Origin: Bacteroidia bacterium
Lineage (GTDB): Bacteria; Bacteroidota; Bacteroidia; UKL13-3
Direction: 5' to 3'
Assembly (NCBI GenBank): GCA_020049855.1
Contig: JAGVLJ010000017.1
Coordinates: forward strand, 1,239-65,238
DNA length: 64,000 nucleotides
The notes under the pieces were generated by a model. The model saw nothing but the letters and a program-made list of their open reading frames with translations. It had not been told where the DNA came from and searched no databases. The position numbers were made by a program, and so were the translations under genes. Shown here piece by piece: positions 42,004-52,375 of the stretch (position 1 is the first letter of the stretch; the number at the start of each line of letters is the position of its first letter).

Positions 42004-42774
42004 TTAGCCTTTATTAACTTTTATGATGTATTGTTCAAGTGCCATTACCATTGATGGCGCAGCAGGAGTAGGGGCAGAAATATTAATTGTAAGTTTTGCA
42101 TCCTCAATAGCCTTACCTGTGGCAGATCCGAAGGCAGCAATGCGGGTGTTATCTTGAATAAAATCGGGAAAGTTGTCGAAAAGAGATTTTATATCCACTG
42201 GGCTGAAAAAAACCAGTATATCATATTTAACATCCGACAGGTCAGAAAGATCGGCAGAAAGGGTGTGGTAGCTGATCGCCTCTTTAAAGAAGAATTTCTT
42301 TTTAGCCATAAAAGATGGAATCACATTCTTACGTACGTTTGAGCAGGGAAAAAGAAACTTTTCAGACGGATGGTTTTTTATAACATCAAGTAAGTCTGTT
42401 TCGGTTCCTTTGCCGTGAAAAACTTTTCTTTTTCTAACCTGAATGTATTTTTGAAGGTAATTGGCAGTTCCTTCATTGATGCAGAAATACTTGGTATCTG
42501 GAGCCATCTCTATTTTCATATCTGCACATAATCTAAAAAAATTATCTACTGCATTACGTGAGTTAAGGATGATAGCGGTAAAATCGGTAAAGTTAATTTT
42601 TTGCGATTTGAACTCTTTTGCAGGAATAGGTTCTATGGTTATAAAAGGTCTAAAGTCAACTTTCAGGTTAAGCTTTTTTGCCAGTTCTAAATACGGAGAG
42701 CGTTCGCCCTCTGTTGGTTTTGGTTGGGAAATCAGTATGCTTTTTACCTTCACGCCTAAGTGCTTTTTATTCAA
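42004..42774 (-). CDS. hemD: Uroporphyrinogen-III synthase
   Basis: 256 aa HemD-fold pattern; conserved Bacteroidota neighbourhood with DUF4271. Confidence 0.75.
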   Translation of the reverse strand: MNKKHLGVKVKSILISQPKPTEGERSPYLELAKKLNLKVDFRPFITIEPIPAKEFKSQKINFTDFTAIILNSRNAVDNFFRLCADMKIEMAPDTKYFCINEGTANYLQKYIQVRKRKVFHGKGTETDLLDVIKNHPSEKFLFPCSNVRKNVIPSFMAKKKFFFKEAISYHTLSADLSDLSDVKYDILVFFSPVDIKSLFDNFPDFIQDNTRIAAFGSATGKAIEDAKLTINISAPTPAAPSMVMALEQYIIKVNKG

Positions 42775-43705
42775 ATATCAGGGTTACAATTATTATCCAA
42801 GGAGATATTTCGAAGACGCAAAGATAGAGAATTATATAAATCAATGGATACCTAAAATAAGTACCTGATAAAATGATTAATCTAGCAACCCGGTAAACCA
42901 CACTCAGCATAAATGTGGCGATGATAGTTTTGGTTAAGATTTCTTCCATAAGTGGCGAGTTAATATAAATTCGTGCAACGAAAACCGGAAGTATAATCAG
43001 TGCCACAAAATTATTTGTTGTAATTGTATTGGAAACCATGCTAATTCCAAATTTATTTAATTGGAGTAACCAGCCCCAAAAATAGTGTGCAATAAATTTT
43101 AAACCGTAAATACAAAAAATTAGCCCTACTATCGCAAGGTACATTAAAAGTGAATTATCAAGAAATGTGCGGTCTTGAGCATCAAGTACAACGTACACAA
43201 ACAGGGCACTTATTAGGAGAAAAATACTAAAGAGTTGCATGGTGATGTAGTTAAAGATTACCCCGCGCTCTTCCCAAAGTTTAGCAGTAATTTTTGTGCT
43301 GAAAACAGAATTAAGTGAGGCCTTAAAGTTTTTCTGATTAAATGTCCTAACCCATCCAATATATGCTAAAATGAACAGTAAGGTACAAAACAACCATTTA
43401 GGGCTTCTTTCTTTTCGGTATTTCACTTCCTTTATAGACGGAACCTCTCGCTGCGAATAATTATCTCCTACACTAATATGGTTATTTATGGAAGCATACC
43501 TTCTGAAATTTGCATTAATAAAGGAATCGTTTAAAAGGCTGTCAAGAATTGTTTCAGAGCCTGAATTGGCTACCAAGGCTGTATCGTTGAATGATGAATC
43601 CAACTGTAATACCAATGGGGTAGAATCGGTTTGAGCTATTGCCGCTGGAAAACCATTTAGAAGCAATACCGAAACTAAAATGAAATTAATTAAACCACCT
43701 TGCAT
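42767..43705 (-). CDS. DUF4271-like multi-TM membrane protein
   Basis: 312 aa with signal peptide and about 6 TM helices; typical partner of hemD in Bacteroidota. Confidence 0.6.
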   Translation of the reverse strand: MQGGLINFILVSVLLLNGFPAAIAQTDSTPLVLQLDSSFNDTALVANSGSETILDSLLNDSFINANFRRYASINNHISVGDNYSQREVPSIKEVKYRKERSPKWLFCTLLFILAYIGWVRTFNQKNFKASLNSVFSTKITAKLWEERGVIFNYITMQLFSIFLLISALFVYVVLDAQDRTFLDNSLLMYLAIVGLIFCIYGLKFIAHYFWGWLLQLNKFGISMVSNTITTNNFVALIILPVFVARIYINSPLMEEILTKTIIATFMLSVVYRVARLIILSGTYFRYPLIYIILYLCVFEISPWIIIVTLIFE

Positions 43706-43714
43706 GAATCAGGG

Positions 43715-45472
43715 TCAAAAATAATTAACTAATCCGAAATGTACCTTACCTTGTTTTAATTGTATAGGGTTATTAAATTGACGCCCCAACGCATAATAAA
43801 GGGAAAAGATACCTGCACCTGTTTCAAAGTTAATACCTGCTCCGAACCCAAGTGGAGTATCTGATAATTTTATTTGTCGCGTATTCCGCTCATACCAGGC
43901 GGCATTTGTAAATAAAATAAAGTTTGAGTTGATTCCAAGAATATATCGGTATTCCATAGTCAAAATGGCGTATGAGTTAGCAAAAATAGATTGTTCATCA
44001 AATCCCTTTAAGGTTTTAATACCACCAATTCTGAATAGCTCATTTGTGAAAATTTCTTTTGCCGATAAAGTAGCTGCGGATATTTGCGTTCTAACAGCAT
44101 TTGTCTTATTAAGAGGCCAGAATTTATCAATATTAATTGTTGCCTTTAGTTGCATACTTCTCAATTCCATGCTGTCATAAAGCGTGTATTTTTTTGACCG
44201 GGAATCGGTAAAGACTATTTCTTTTATGGTATTATTTTTTTTTATTTTCTTTATACCTGCCCCAAACGAAGCCTCAATTAATATTCCTTTTGTAGGATTT
44301 GCGGGGTAATTGAGAAAATTGAGTTTCATTGAAAGTCCATAGAGGTAGGTATACATATCCGCAAACTGTGGTAGTTGACGGTTATTCTTTACTGAATTTG
44401 TATCAACAGAAAGCAACGAGGTGTTTTGAATATTATAAAAAGTTTTAAAGTAATTGCTGCCTCCAAGCGCATATTGGAAACCTATGTCATTTTCTACCTG
44501 TAAATACAGTGAATCAAATTTTAACAACGCAAAATAATAATCAACTCCTACAGGGGAATTAGCTAAATAAGGATAAACTAACCGTACTTTAAGATCTTGC
44601 GAGTTGATAAGAAAACTTCGGTAGTGAAGCTCAAAGGTTTTACCAGTACCAAACAGGTTTTGCAAATTCAAATTTAACTCTCCGGTAAGCACAAGTTTAT
44701 TATTAATATTACTTCTTGGGGCAAATCCCACTACACCGTCCAACTGGCTTGCCTTTTTTTGATCAATAAATGTAATAATACGTGCTTTTGAACCCGTAAA
44801 ATATATTTGAATGGGTTTGGTTGTTTTTGCGAAGGACAATTGATTGATTCGTTTGTTAATTTGTTTGATTAGGTTTTCGTTGTAAAGGCTGCCACTTTTA
44901 ATACCTGTATAGTTGTACAAGTATTTACGCTTTAACGAAGAGTTACCTACAATTTCAATGCTATCAACAAAGATGAGCTGTTTTTTGTTTACCCTTAAAT
45001 TGGCTGTAATTGAATCATGATTTATTTTTACACTATCAAAACTTACCGTAGCAAATGGGTATCCGTTATTTTCGTAGTACCTTAGTATTTTTTCAATAAT
45101 CCGTTTTACTTCTTCCGGATTAAATGGTTTTTCTGCAAATAATCTTTCCCGGTAGCCAATTCTACTTAAAACCTCTTCCTCTCCATTATCAGGGTTTAGT
45201 TTAATCAATCGGTACTTTGAGCCTAAGGAAATGTAAACCACATGTAAACCGTTCGTGGCAACAACACTGTCAATTCCGGCTGTGAGAAAACCTTGAGCAA
45301 TGGCTTTGGTTATTTCAATTTTGCCCTGTGTGAAGCAACTAAGGCTGTCAGTGAAGCTGCTTATTTGTTTTGAATTAATTTGTAGCACCCACCTTTCGGC
45401 CGTTTGACCAAAAGTTTTTCCGGCAATCAGGAAGCATACACAAATGATATATTTAAAGTACTTTTGCAGCAC
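43715..45472 (-). CDS. BamA/TamA-family outer-membrane protein (POTRA plus Omp85 barrel)
   Basis: 585 aa with signal peptide, POTRA-like N-terminus, C-terminal beta-barrel ending ...FGLVNYF. Confidence 0.7.
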   Translation of the reverse strand: MLQKYFKYIICVCFLIAGKTFGQTAERWVLQINSKQISSFTDSLSCFTQGKIEITKAIAQGFLTAGIDSVVATNGLHVVYISLGSKYRLIKLNPDNGEEEVLSRIGYRERLFAEKPFNPEEVKRIIEKILRYYENNGYPFATVSFDSVKINHDSITANLRVNKKQLIFVDSIEIVGNSSLKRKYLYNYTGIKSGSLYNENLIKQINKRINQLSFAKTTKPIQIYFTGSKARIITFIDQKKASQLDGVVGFAPRSNINNKLVLTGELNLNLQNLFGTGKTFELHYRSFLINSQDLKVRLVYPYLANSPVGVDYYFALLKFDSLYLQVENDIGFQYALGGSNYFKTFYNIQNTSLLSVDTNSVKNNRQLPQFADMYTYLYGLSMKLNFLNYPANPTKGILIEASFGAGIKKIKKNNTIKEIVFTDSRSKKYTLYDSMELRSMQLKATINIDKFWPLNKTNAVRTQISAATLSAKEIFTNELFRIGGIKTLKGFDEQSIFANSYAILTMEYRYILGINSNFILFTNAAWYERNTRQIKLSDTPLGFGAGINFETGAGIFSLYYALGRQFNNPIQLKQGKVHFGLVNYF

Positions 45473-45507
45473 GCGGCAAATTACGCTAAAATTATTTTAC
45501 ATCTAAA

Positions 45508-46623
45508 ATGGCCGGTATCTACCTTCATATTCCCTTTTGTAAAAAAGCTTGTTATTACTGCGATTTCTATTTTACAACTTCCCTACGTTTAAAAGGAGAT
45601 TTTATTACGGCTATTCGAAAAGAAATTAATACCCGACAAAATTATCTGAGCAATGAGCAGGTAGATACTATCTATTTTGGAGGAGGAACTCCATCCCGAT
45701 TGGATTTCGATGATATTGAGCGGTTATTAGACACCATCCATGATTCATTTAACGTATCAACTTCGGTCGAAATTACGCTAGAAGCAAATCCTGATGATTT
45801 AACAAAGTTGAAAATTAGCGAATTTAAGCGAGCCGGGATTAATCGGCTCAGTATCGGAGTTCAATCATTTTACGATGAGATTTTAAAATGGATGAACAGG
45901 ACTCACACCGCGCAGGAAATTTTTACTTCTATAAGCGAGTCACAACAGGCAGGTATTTCTAATATAACCATTGATTTGATTTATGGTATTCCGGGATTGT
46001 CGGATGAGATGTGGCAAATGAGTATAGAAAGATTTTTAGGTCTATCTGTTTCCCACCTTTCGGCCTATTCATTAACAGTGGAACGGAAAACCCCTTTACA
46101 CAAGCTTATTGCTTCTGGAAAATATGTTGCTGTTAGCAATGATGCTTCTGCAAAACATTTTGAAATATTAATGCAATTGATGCAGCAAGCGGGATGGCAG
46201 CATTACGAAATTTCGAATTTTGCAAGGGAAGATGCTACTATTTCTAAGCACAATAGCGCTTACTGGAATGCTACCAATTACCTTGGATTAGGCCCTTCGG
46301 CTCATTCGTACAATAGTTATCAGCGCAGATGGAATAATACGCCTTTGCAAAGGTATATTGATAAAATAATGTCGAACGAAGTATATTATGAGGAGGAAAC
46401 CCTAAATAAAATCGATAAGTATAATGAACGGGTGTTAACAGGGCTTCGCACTATGTGGGGAATACATGAATCGGATCTTGGTGAATTAAGCAACTACTTT
46501 AGAGAGAATGTTGAAACCTATTTGAACCAAAATATGGTAGCTTACTCGGGTGGGAGGTATGTATTAACCCAAAGTGGAAAGTTGTATGCCGACCGTATTG
46601 CTTCGGACTTATTTTACGTTTAG
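45508..46623 (+). CDS. hemW: Radical-SAM haem chaperone HemW (HemN-like)
   Basis: CxxxCxxC radical-SAM motif (CKKACYYCDF) at the N-terminus, HemN C-terminal domain, 371 aa. Confidence 0.85.
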   Translation: MAGIYLHIPFCKKACYYCDFYFTTSLRLKGDFITAIRKEINTRQNYLSNEQVDTIYFGGGTPSRLDFDDIERLLDTIHDSFNVSTSVEITLEANPDDLTKLKISEFKRAGINRLSIGVQSFYDEILKWMNRTHTAQEIFTSISESQQAGISNITIDLIYGIPGLSDEMWQMSIERFLGLSVSHLSAYSLTVERKTPLHKLIASGKYVAVSNDASAKHFEILMQLMQQAGWQHYEISNFAREDATISKHNSAYWNATNYLGLGPSAHSYNSYQRRWNNTPLQRYIDKIMSNEVYYEEETLNKIDKYNERVLTGLRTMWGIHESDLGELSNYFRENVETYLNQNMVAYSGGRYVLTQSGKLYADRIASDLFYV

Positions 46624-46625
46624 GG

Positions 46626-49157
46626 TCACTGTGGTACATCTTCCTCCCAATTTATTTCCTCCTCTTGTTTCTTTTCTTCTTCTTTAAGTTTTTTATCCTC
46701 CTCGGTTTGAAATTCCTTTTTTAGAATATCTTTAATATTTTGCTGTTCAACGTGAATACTCTCTTTAATTTTTTTCTTCACGCCTAATTTGTCGTATGAA
46801 ATGACAAGATTTTCAAGGTAACCTTTCATTGTTAGGTAAATGTATATTCCTCCACCCTGAGTTTCTTCTTCTTCAAATTCTTTATTTATTTTGGTGTTTC
46901 GTTTTTTGCGAATTACATCAGAAAGTTTTGCACGTATGTGATAGTCGAGGTAATTATCAGGGAATGTATTTGTTCCTGAAATGGCCAAATTTAGCGCGTT
47001 GTTTTTTACTTCCATTTGAGGGATAATTATTTTTCCGTCAAGTATCTGGATTGTATTGGTGAGTTTGTCAAATGTGAGGTGTTTAAGCTCATTTACTTCT
47101 GCAAATTTGGATAGTTCCATCAAGGGGGCGTAGTCCATAATTTCACCATTCGTAATTGTTATATCTGCTTGCGCTACAATTTTTTTCAAATCGCAGTTAA
47201 AATCGGAATTCCAAACTGAACCAAACTGAATTTTTGTATCTAATTTACCACGCAGGTGCTTGTCGGTAAGCATATCCTGCCCAAAATTTTCGCATTGATA
47301 AAAAAGCTGGTTGATGTCGAGTTGTTGCATGCTGGCATCGCAACTGATTAATAATCTATCTTTAATTCGGTTATTAATTTCACCCGCAATATTAATTTGA
47401 CCCTTCATTGCTTTCAAACTAAGGTTTGCTGACCTAAGTATATTATTTTTCAGTGTCAAGTTACCAGTCACTTCACTTGCGTTAAATTTATAAAGTTTTA
47501 GTTTTTCAATACGAAGGTTTAGATTCAGTTCAATATTTTCAGGGAAAATGAATCCGCTTGAATCTATGCGTTCCTGATTTCGGCTTGTGAAAAAAACTTT
47601 TTCCAAGTCAATGTTGGTAGATGTAAGGTTGGCATCAATAAGTAGGTGTTGTTTATCCAAAAAGAGGTATGGAAGGAAATTCTTGATTGTTCCGTTCAGC
47701 AAAAAATTAGTCTCATCGGCCGTTGCTGCAAAATCATTAACAGAAAAATCATTTCCATGTAAACCAAACTGTCCATTTGTAATTCTGTAACTATGGGGGT
47801 TATCTTTTAATTTAAGTTCAATGCCGGAAAGTTTCATTTGTCCTTCCGATTTTGTTTTTAATGCCGTTTCTTTTTGTTTCAAATCACTAATTCTCCCCGC
47901 GAAATATAGGTCGGCAAAGGCAAATCCTTTTAGTGTTTCAATTTGTTCTATCTGAAGAAAATCGGTCATTTTTTGTAAATCAATATTGCCATGCAATTGA
48001 GCAATTAGCAGCGGGTCGTTAAGGTTTTCTATTTGCAAAACTGCATTTAATTCATTCGGGCCTAATTTGGCTTTCAGGTTTTCAATAATTAGTTTACTGG
48101 TTTGTGCATTTTTTGCCGACCCATTTGTAAATGTTCCTTTGCACGAAAGGTTCTGTAAGCCTTCACTAATTCCCGAGGTATAAACACTTGCTTTTGAGAT
48201 ACCGAAATTAATATTAATATGAGGATTTTCTTTAGCGGATAGCACTCCGTTAATTTGGGTGTTAAAGTAGAAATCGCCCTCACTCTTATAATCTACTACT
48301 GCTTTGCGATTTTCTTCAGGCAACAACAAAAGGAATGATTGAATGGTCATCTCTTTGCCGGTTATATCCATGTTAAACAAGGTGCCTTTATCTTTGGGCA
48401 GCAGTTTAATATTCCCTTCCACATTAAACGGCAACCCCGAGATGGTTAAATCCCCTTTGGCAAAACGAAAGTTGCTCTCTTTTACATTTACTTCCAGTGC
48501 TGAGTTCATTGACACCCTGCGTTTTTTGATATAATTGATTTTCCCGAATTGCAAGGTGTCGAAATAAAAGTCGCCTTTCCATTTCAGGTTAAATTTCTCT
48601 TCATAAAAGTCCCCGCCAAGGGTGGTTTCATTAATTAACGAACTTAACCATAGCCCTACTTCCAGATCTTCATAAACTACTTTCATGTTATGGATACGAA
48701 TATCTTTAAGGTGTACACTTATTGAGTCATTCGGATTGTTCTTCGGGGCTTCTTTTATAAAGGTATAATTATCCCTCCCTTTTTTATCAACGAATAAATT
48801 GGCATTACCATTTTTTATGACCACCTCATTGATAGTATATTTTTTATCAATAATGTCCCAAATATTAAAGGACAGATAAATTTCATTTGCTTTTAGTAAT
48901 TCTTTTTTTCTTCCGGGGTAGTTTTCGAAAATTACTACGTCTGAAAAGAGCAAACTTGCTTTAGGGAAATTAGCCAGAATTGAAAACTGAATATCTCCTG
49001 TTTTAACCTCTACTGCCAGTTGATTACTAATTTGGGAAACTAAGTACAGTTTAATATTTCCCCCAAACCAGTAAATGACACCATATAGAGTAGGTATAAC
49101 ACAGAGTAGTGTTATGGTTAAAACAAGAAGAAAACGCTTGAATTTTTGCATTGGCAA
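46626..49157 (-). CDS. AsmA-family protein (N-terminal TM, long beta-rich periplasmic domain) with a KE-rich C-terminal tail
   Basis: 843 aa, N-terminal TM, AsmA-like repetitive beta-rich body, and tail …KKEFQTEEDKKLKEEEKKQEEEINWEEDVPQ. Confidence 0.65.
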   Translation of the reverse strand: MPMQKFKRFLLVLTITLLCVIPTLYGVIYWFGGNIKLYLVSQISNQLAVEVKTGDIQFSILANFPKASLLFSDVVIFENYPGRKKELLKANEIYLSFNIWDIIDKKYTINEVVIKNGNANLFVDKKGRDNYTFIKEAPKNNPNDSISVHLKDIRIHNMKVVYEDLEVGLWLSSLINETTLGGDFYEEKFNLKWKGDFYFDTLQFGKINYIKKRRVSMNSALEVNVKESNFRFAKGDLTISGLPFNVEGNIKLLPKDKGTLFNMDITGKEMTIQSFLLLLPEENRKAVVDYKSEGDFYFNTQINGVLSAKENPHININFGISKASVYTSGISEGLQNLSCKGTFTNGSAKNAQTSKLIIENLKAKLGPNELNAVLQIENLNDPLLIAQLHGNIDLQKMTDFLQIEQIETLKGFAFADLYFAGRISDLKQKETALKTKSEGQMKLSGIELKLKDNPHSYRITNGQFGLHGNDFSVNDFAATADETNFLLNGTIKNFLPYLFLDKQHLLIDANLTSTNIDLEKVFFTSRNQERIDSSGFIFPENIELNLNLRIEKLKLYKFNASEVTGNLTLKNNILRSANLSLKAMKGQINIAGEINNRIKDRLLISCDASMQQLDINQLFYQCENFGQDMLTDKHLRGKLDTKIQFGSVWNSDFNCDLKKIVAQADITITNGEIMDYAPLMELSKFAEVNELKHLTFDKLTNTIQILDGKIIIPQMEVKNNALNLAISGTNTFPDNYLDYHIRAKLSDVIRKKRNTKINKEFEEEETQGGGIYIYLTMKGYLENLVISYDKLGVKKKIKESIHVEQQNIKDILKKEFQTEEDKKLKEEEKKQEEEINWEEDVPQ

Positions 49158-49346
49158 TTTTAACAGTTCTCAAAAATACATCAAATTTAGGGTAGGCTTT
49201 GCACTATAACGTGTTGATAACGAAAAACTGATGTATGATTTATCAGATTTTTTACTTCCGGTTTGCAAAGTTTGCGGTCAATCCTATATTTGCAGTCCCT
49301 TTTGGAAACAACAGTTTGCAAAAGTTTATTACGTATTTATTATATT

Positions 49347-49421
49347 GGAAGTTTAGCTCAGCTGGTTCAGAGCATCTGCCTTACAAGCAGAGGGTCGGGG
49401 GTTCGAATCCCTCAACTTCCA
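49347..49421 (+). tRNA. tRNA-Val (anticodon TAC)
   Basis: 75-nt cloverleaf: GGAAGTT acceptor, D-arm GCTCAGCTGGTTAGAGC, anticodon loop CTTACAA, T-arm GGGGGTTCGAATCCCTC; CCA not encoded. Confidence 0.85.
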
Positions 49422-49427
49422 CTCAGG

Positions 49428-49456
49428 TAAAGCTCTGCATATAGCAGGGCTTTTTG
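49428..49456 (+). terminator. Intrinsic terminator after tRNA-Val
   Basis: GCTCTGC-atata-GCAGGGC stem followed by TTTTT. Confidence 0.5.
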
Positions 49457-49458
49457 TT

Positions 49459-50106
49459 TTAGGGTTTTAGTCTGTCTTTGAAAACTTTTTCGAATTTGTC
49501 GAGTTTCGGTTTAATTACAAACCTGCAATAAGGTTGGGTTCCATTTTCATTATAGTAATTCTGGTGATAATCTTCCGCAGGAAAGAACGTAGAAAAAGGA
49601 ACGATTTCAGTTACAATTGGAGAATTAAAGGCATCTGATTCATCTAATTCTGTTTTGAGTTTTTGGGCAATTAGTTTTTGTTTCTCATTATGATAAAAAA
49701 TGGCCGAGCGGTATTGAGTTCCAATATCATTTCCTTGTTGGTTTAGTGTTGTGGGGTCATGAGCCAGCCAAAAAGCTTTTAAAATTTCTTCATAACTTAT
49801 AGTATCGGGGTTATAAATAATCTGGCATACTTCGGCATGGCCAGTGGTGCCGTTACATACTTCCTTGTAGGTGGGGTTTTTTGTATTCCCGCCCGTATAG
49901 CCTGAAATTACCTTTTGTACTCCGTTAAGCCTTTGGAAAATGGCTTCAATGCACCAAAAGCATCCTGCTCCAAGGGTTGCAGTATCAGTTTTGCAGGTTG
50001 TTGATTGCGCGGGTGGTGTCATTTTTTTGCTTTTAATATTGTTCGGTTGACCAAAGCAGCTAAGTAAATTGAGCAAGATGGCTATGGAATAAATTAGTTG
50101 TTTCAT
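49459..50106 (-). CDS. msrA: Peptide-methionine (S)-S-oxide reductase, secreted/lipoprotein form
   Basis: Signal peptide then the GCFWC active-site motif (ATLGAGCFWCIEA). Confidence 0.9.
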   Translation of the reverse strand: MKQLIYSIAILLNLLSCFGQPNNIKSKKMTPPAQSTTCKTDTATLGAGCFWCIEAIFQRLNGVQKVISGYTGGNTKNPTYKEVCNGTTGHAEVCQIIYNPDTISYEEILKAFWLAHDPTTLNQQGNDIGTQYRSAIFYHNEKQKLIAQKLKTELDESDAFNSPIVTEIVPFSTFFPAEDYHQNYYNENGTQPYCRFVIKPKLDKFEKVFKDRLKP

Positions 50107-50260
50107 GAATATTGTTACCTTTTTTAGTGACGAAGGCTCTTACAAAATTAATGAACATATTTTACCCCAAAAGATTTCAATCTTTCATCCGAAATTTGGC
50201 TTATTGACTTTTGCGTTTTATCTGGGATGTCAGGGTGTAACTTAAGGTATTACTAAGGTA

Positions 50261-50295
50261 AATAAAAAAGCCATCAACCTGAGGTGATGGCTTTT
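50261..50295 (-). terminator. Intrinsic terminator downstream of the bacilliredoxin gene
   Basis: On the minus strand, AGCCATCACC-tcagg-TTGATGGCT followed by TTTTTTATTT. Confidence 0.65.
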
Positions 50296-50310
50296 AAGAA
50301 AAACCAAGTT

Positions 50311-50727
50311 TCAGCAAAATTCTTCGTAGGCATCTTGCAGGTTTGCTGCAATCATTTCAGCCGGTCGTCCTTCAATTTGGTGACGCTCGATAAAATGAAC
50401 CAGTTCCCCATTTTTGAAAAGTGCTACGGAAGGTGAAGAAGGAGGAAAAGGAGCCGTAAATTCACGCGCTTTTGATACTGCTGCTAAATCCTGTCCTGCA
50501 AATACAGTAAATAATTTAGCCGGTTTTTTGCTGCCGGTTACTGACTTAATGACGCCAGGACGGGCACTTCCTGCCGCACAACCACATACTGAGTTAAAGA
50601 CAACAAGAGCTGTTCCGTCTTTCTCATTCATGGCCTTTTCAACTTCTTCCGGAGTTTTTAACTCGGTGAAACCTACATTGGTTAACTCTGCCCTCATGGG
50701 GGCTACAAGCATTTCTGGATATGGCAT
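50311..50727 (-). CDS. Bacilliredoxin (BrxA/BrxB, YphP/YqiW, DUF1094) thiol-disulfide oxidoreductase
   Basis: 138 aa with the CGC active-site motif (NSVCGCAAG), typical family length. Confidence 0.75.
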   Translation of the reverse strand: MPYPEMLVAPMRAELTNVGFTELKTPEEVEKAMNEKDGTALVVFNSVCGCAAGSARPGVIKSVTGSKKPAKLFTVFAGQDLAAVSKAREFTAPFPPSSPSVALFKNGELVHFIERHQIEGRPAEMIAANLQDAYEEFC

Positions 50728-50777
50728 ATTTTATTTATTTTTTTCTATTCAATACCTAGTGTTTTAAGGATGCACTC

Positions 50778-50798
50778 TTTTGCAATTATGATGCAAAA
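50778..50798. promoter_or_regulatory. Perfect 8-bp inverted repeat CTTTTGCA-N7-TGCAAAAG upstream of ahcY (candidate operator)
   Basis: Seen directly in the 180-bp ahcY leader; no SAH-riboswitch-like structure recognised. Confidence 0.3.
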
Positions 50799-50908
50799 GT
50801 AAAACAGAATTAAGGCTATTCTGTTTCACTAAGGCAATATTTTGTTATTGCAAAAAATAGAGCTAATTTTGCCACCCTTATTTTACGACTAATTATCTGA
50901 TTATTAAT

Positions 50909-52222
50909 ATGAGCGAATCAAAAACACAATTGCCCTACAAAGTGAAAGACATCTCTCTGGCAGAGTGGGGGCGTAAAGAAATTAAATTGGCCGAGGCGGA
51001 AATGCCCGGTTTAATGGCTATTCGTAAAGAATATGGTTCCAAGCAACCCTTGAAAGGTGCCCGTATTGCCGGATGCTTACACATGACTATTCAGACCGCT
51101 GTGTTGATTGAAACCCTGAAACATCTTGGAGCCGAAGTTAGCTGGAGTTCATGTAATATTTTCTCAACTCAGGATCATGCTGCCGCTGCTATTGCCGCTG
51201 CTGGAATTCCTGTTTATGCTTGGAAAGGCCAGAACGAAGAAGAATTTGACTGGTGTATTGAACAAACCCTGCATGCATTTGAAGGAGGAAAAGCTCTTAA
51301 CATGATTTTGGATGACGGGGGAGATTTAACCAATATGGTATTTGACCGCTATCCTGAATTGACTAAAGATATTAAAGGTCTTTCAGAAGAAACCACTACC
51401 GGAGTTCACCGTTTATACGAGCGCATGAAAAAAGGTACTTTGGTTATGCCTGCTATTAACGTTAACGATTCAGTTACTAAATCTAAATTTGACAATAAAT
51501 ACGGTTGTAAAGAATCATTGGTTGATGCTATACGTAGAGCTACTGATATTATGATGGCTGGAAAAGTGGCTGTGGTGGCCGGATATGGTGACGTAGGAAA
51601 AGGCTCTGCTGAATCTTTGCGAGGTGCTGGAGCGCGTGTATTGGTAACCGAGATTGATCCGATTTGTGCCTTACAAGCTGCTATGGATGGATTTGAAGTT
51701 GTTACAATGGAAGATGCTTGTAAACGAGCTAATATTTTTGTTACTGCAACAGGTAACGTGCGTATTATTACCGACCGTCACTTTAAAGCCATGCGCGATA
51801 AATCTATCGTGTGTAATATTGGCCACTTTGATAACGAAATTGATATGGCCTGGTTAAATAAAAGCTACGGTTCTACCAAATATACTATTAAACCACAGGT
51901 TGACGTGTACAACCTTGACGGAAATGAAATCATCGTTTTGGCTGAGGGCCGTTTAGTAAACTTAGGTTGTGCAATGGGTCACCCTTCTTTTGTTATGAGT
52001 AATTCGTTCTCTAACCAAACCTTGGCTCAAATAGAACTGTGGACCAACAGCAGCAATTACGAAAACAAAGTGTATGTGTTACCAAAGCATCTGGATGAAA
52101 AAGTAGCTGCTTTGCACTTAGATCATATCGGAGCTAAATTGACCAAACTCGATGCCGATCAGGCTAAGTATATCGGTGTTAGAACCGAAGGTCCGTTTAA
52201 GGCGGATCATTACCGTTATTAA
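50909..52222 (+). CDS. ahcY: Adenosylhomocysteinase
   Basis: 437 aa with the NAD-binding GYGDVGKG motif and the SahH N-terminal substrate domain. Confidence 0.95.
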   Translation: MSESKTQLPYKVKDISLAEWGRKEIKLAEAEMPGLMAIRKEYGSKQPLKGARIAGCLHMTIQTAVLIETLKHLGAEVSWSSCNIFSTQDHAAAAIAAAGIPVYAWKGQNEEEFDWCIEQTLHAFEGGKALNMILDDGGDLTNMVFDRYPELTKDIKGLSEETTTGVHRLYERMKKGTLVMPAINVNDSVTKSKFDNKYGCKESLVDAIRRATDIMMAGKVAVVAGYGDVGKGSAESLRGAGARVLVTEIDPICALQAAMDGFEVVTMEDACKRANIFVTATGNVRIITDRHFKAMRDKSIVCNIGHFDNEIDMAWLNKSYGSTKYTIKPQVDVYNLDGNEIIVLAEGRLVNLGCAMGHPSFVMSNSFSNQTLAQIELWTNSSNYENKVYVLPKHLDEKVAALHLDHIGAKLTKLDADQAKYIGVRTEGPFKADHYRY

Positions 52223-52244
52223 AATAGGAGCTTAAACAAAAGCG

Positions 52245-52284
52245 ATAAAAAAGAGCCGGTCAGAAATGATCCGGTTCTTTTTTT
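52245..52284 (+). terminator. Intrinsic terminator after ahcY
   Basis: aaaaaaGAGCCGGtcagaaatgatCCGGTTCttttttt. Confidence 0.6.
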
Positions 52285-52375
52285 GTATGGCATAAGGGTA
52301 ATTACTATTTCAGTTGTCTATATAAATATAATAGAAGAAATAAGTTGTACAATATATTTTTGCACCTGTTATCGG

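Noticed and set aside
49235-49444. 69-aa plus-strand ORF overlapping tRNA-Val
   Set aside because: It reads straight through a canonical tRNA cloverleaf (49347-49421); the tRNA call is preferred.
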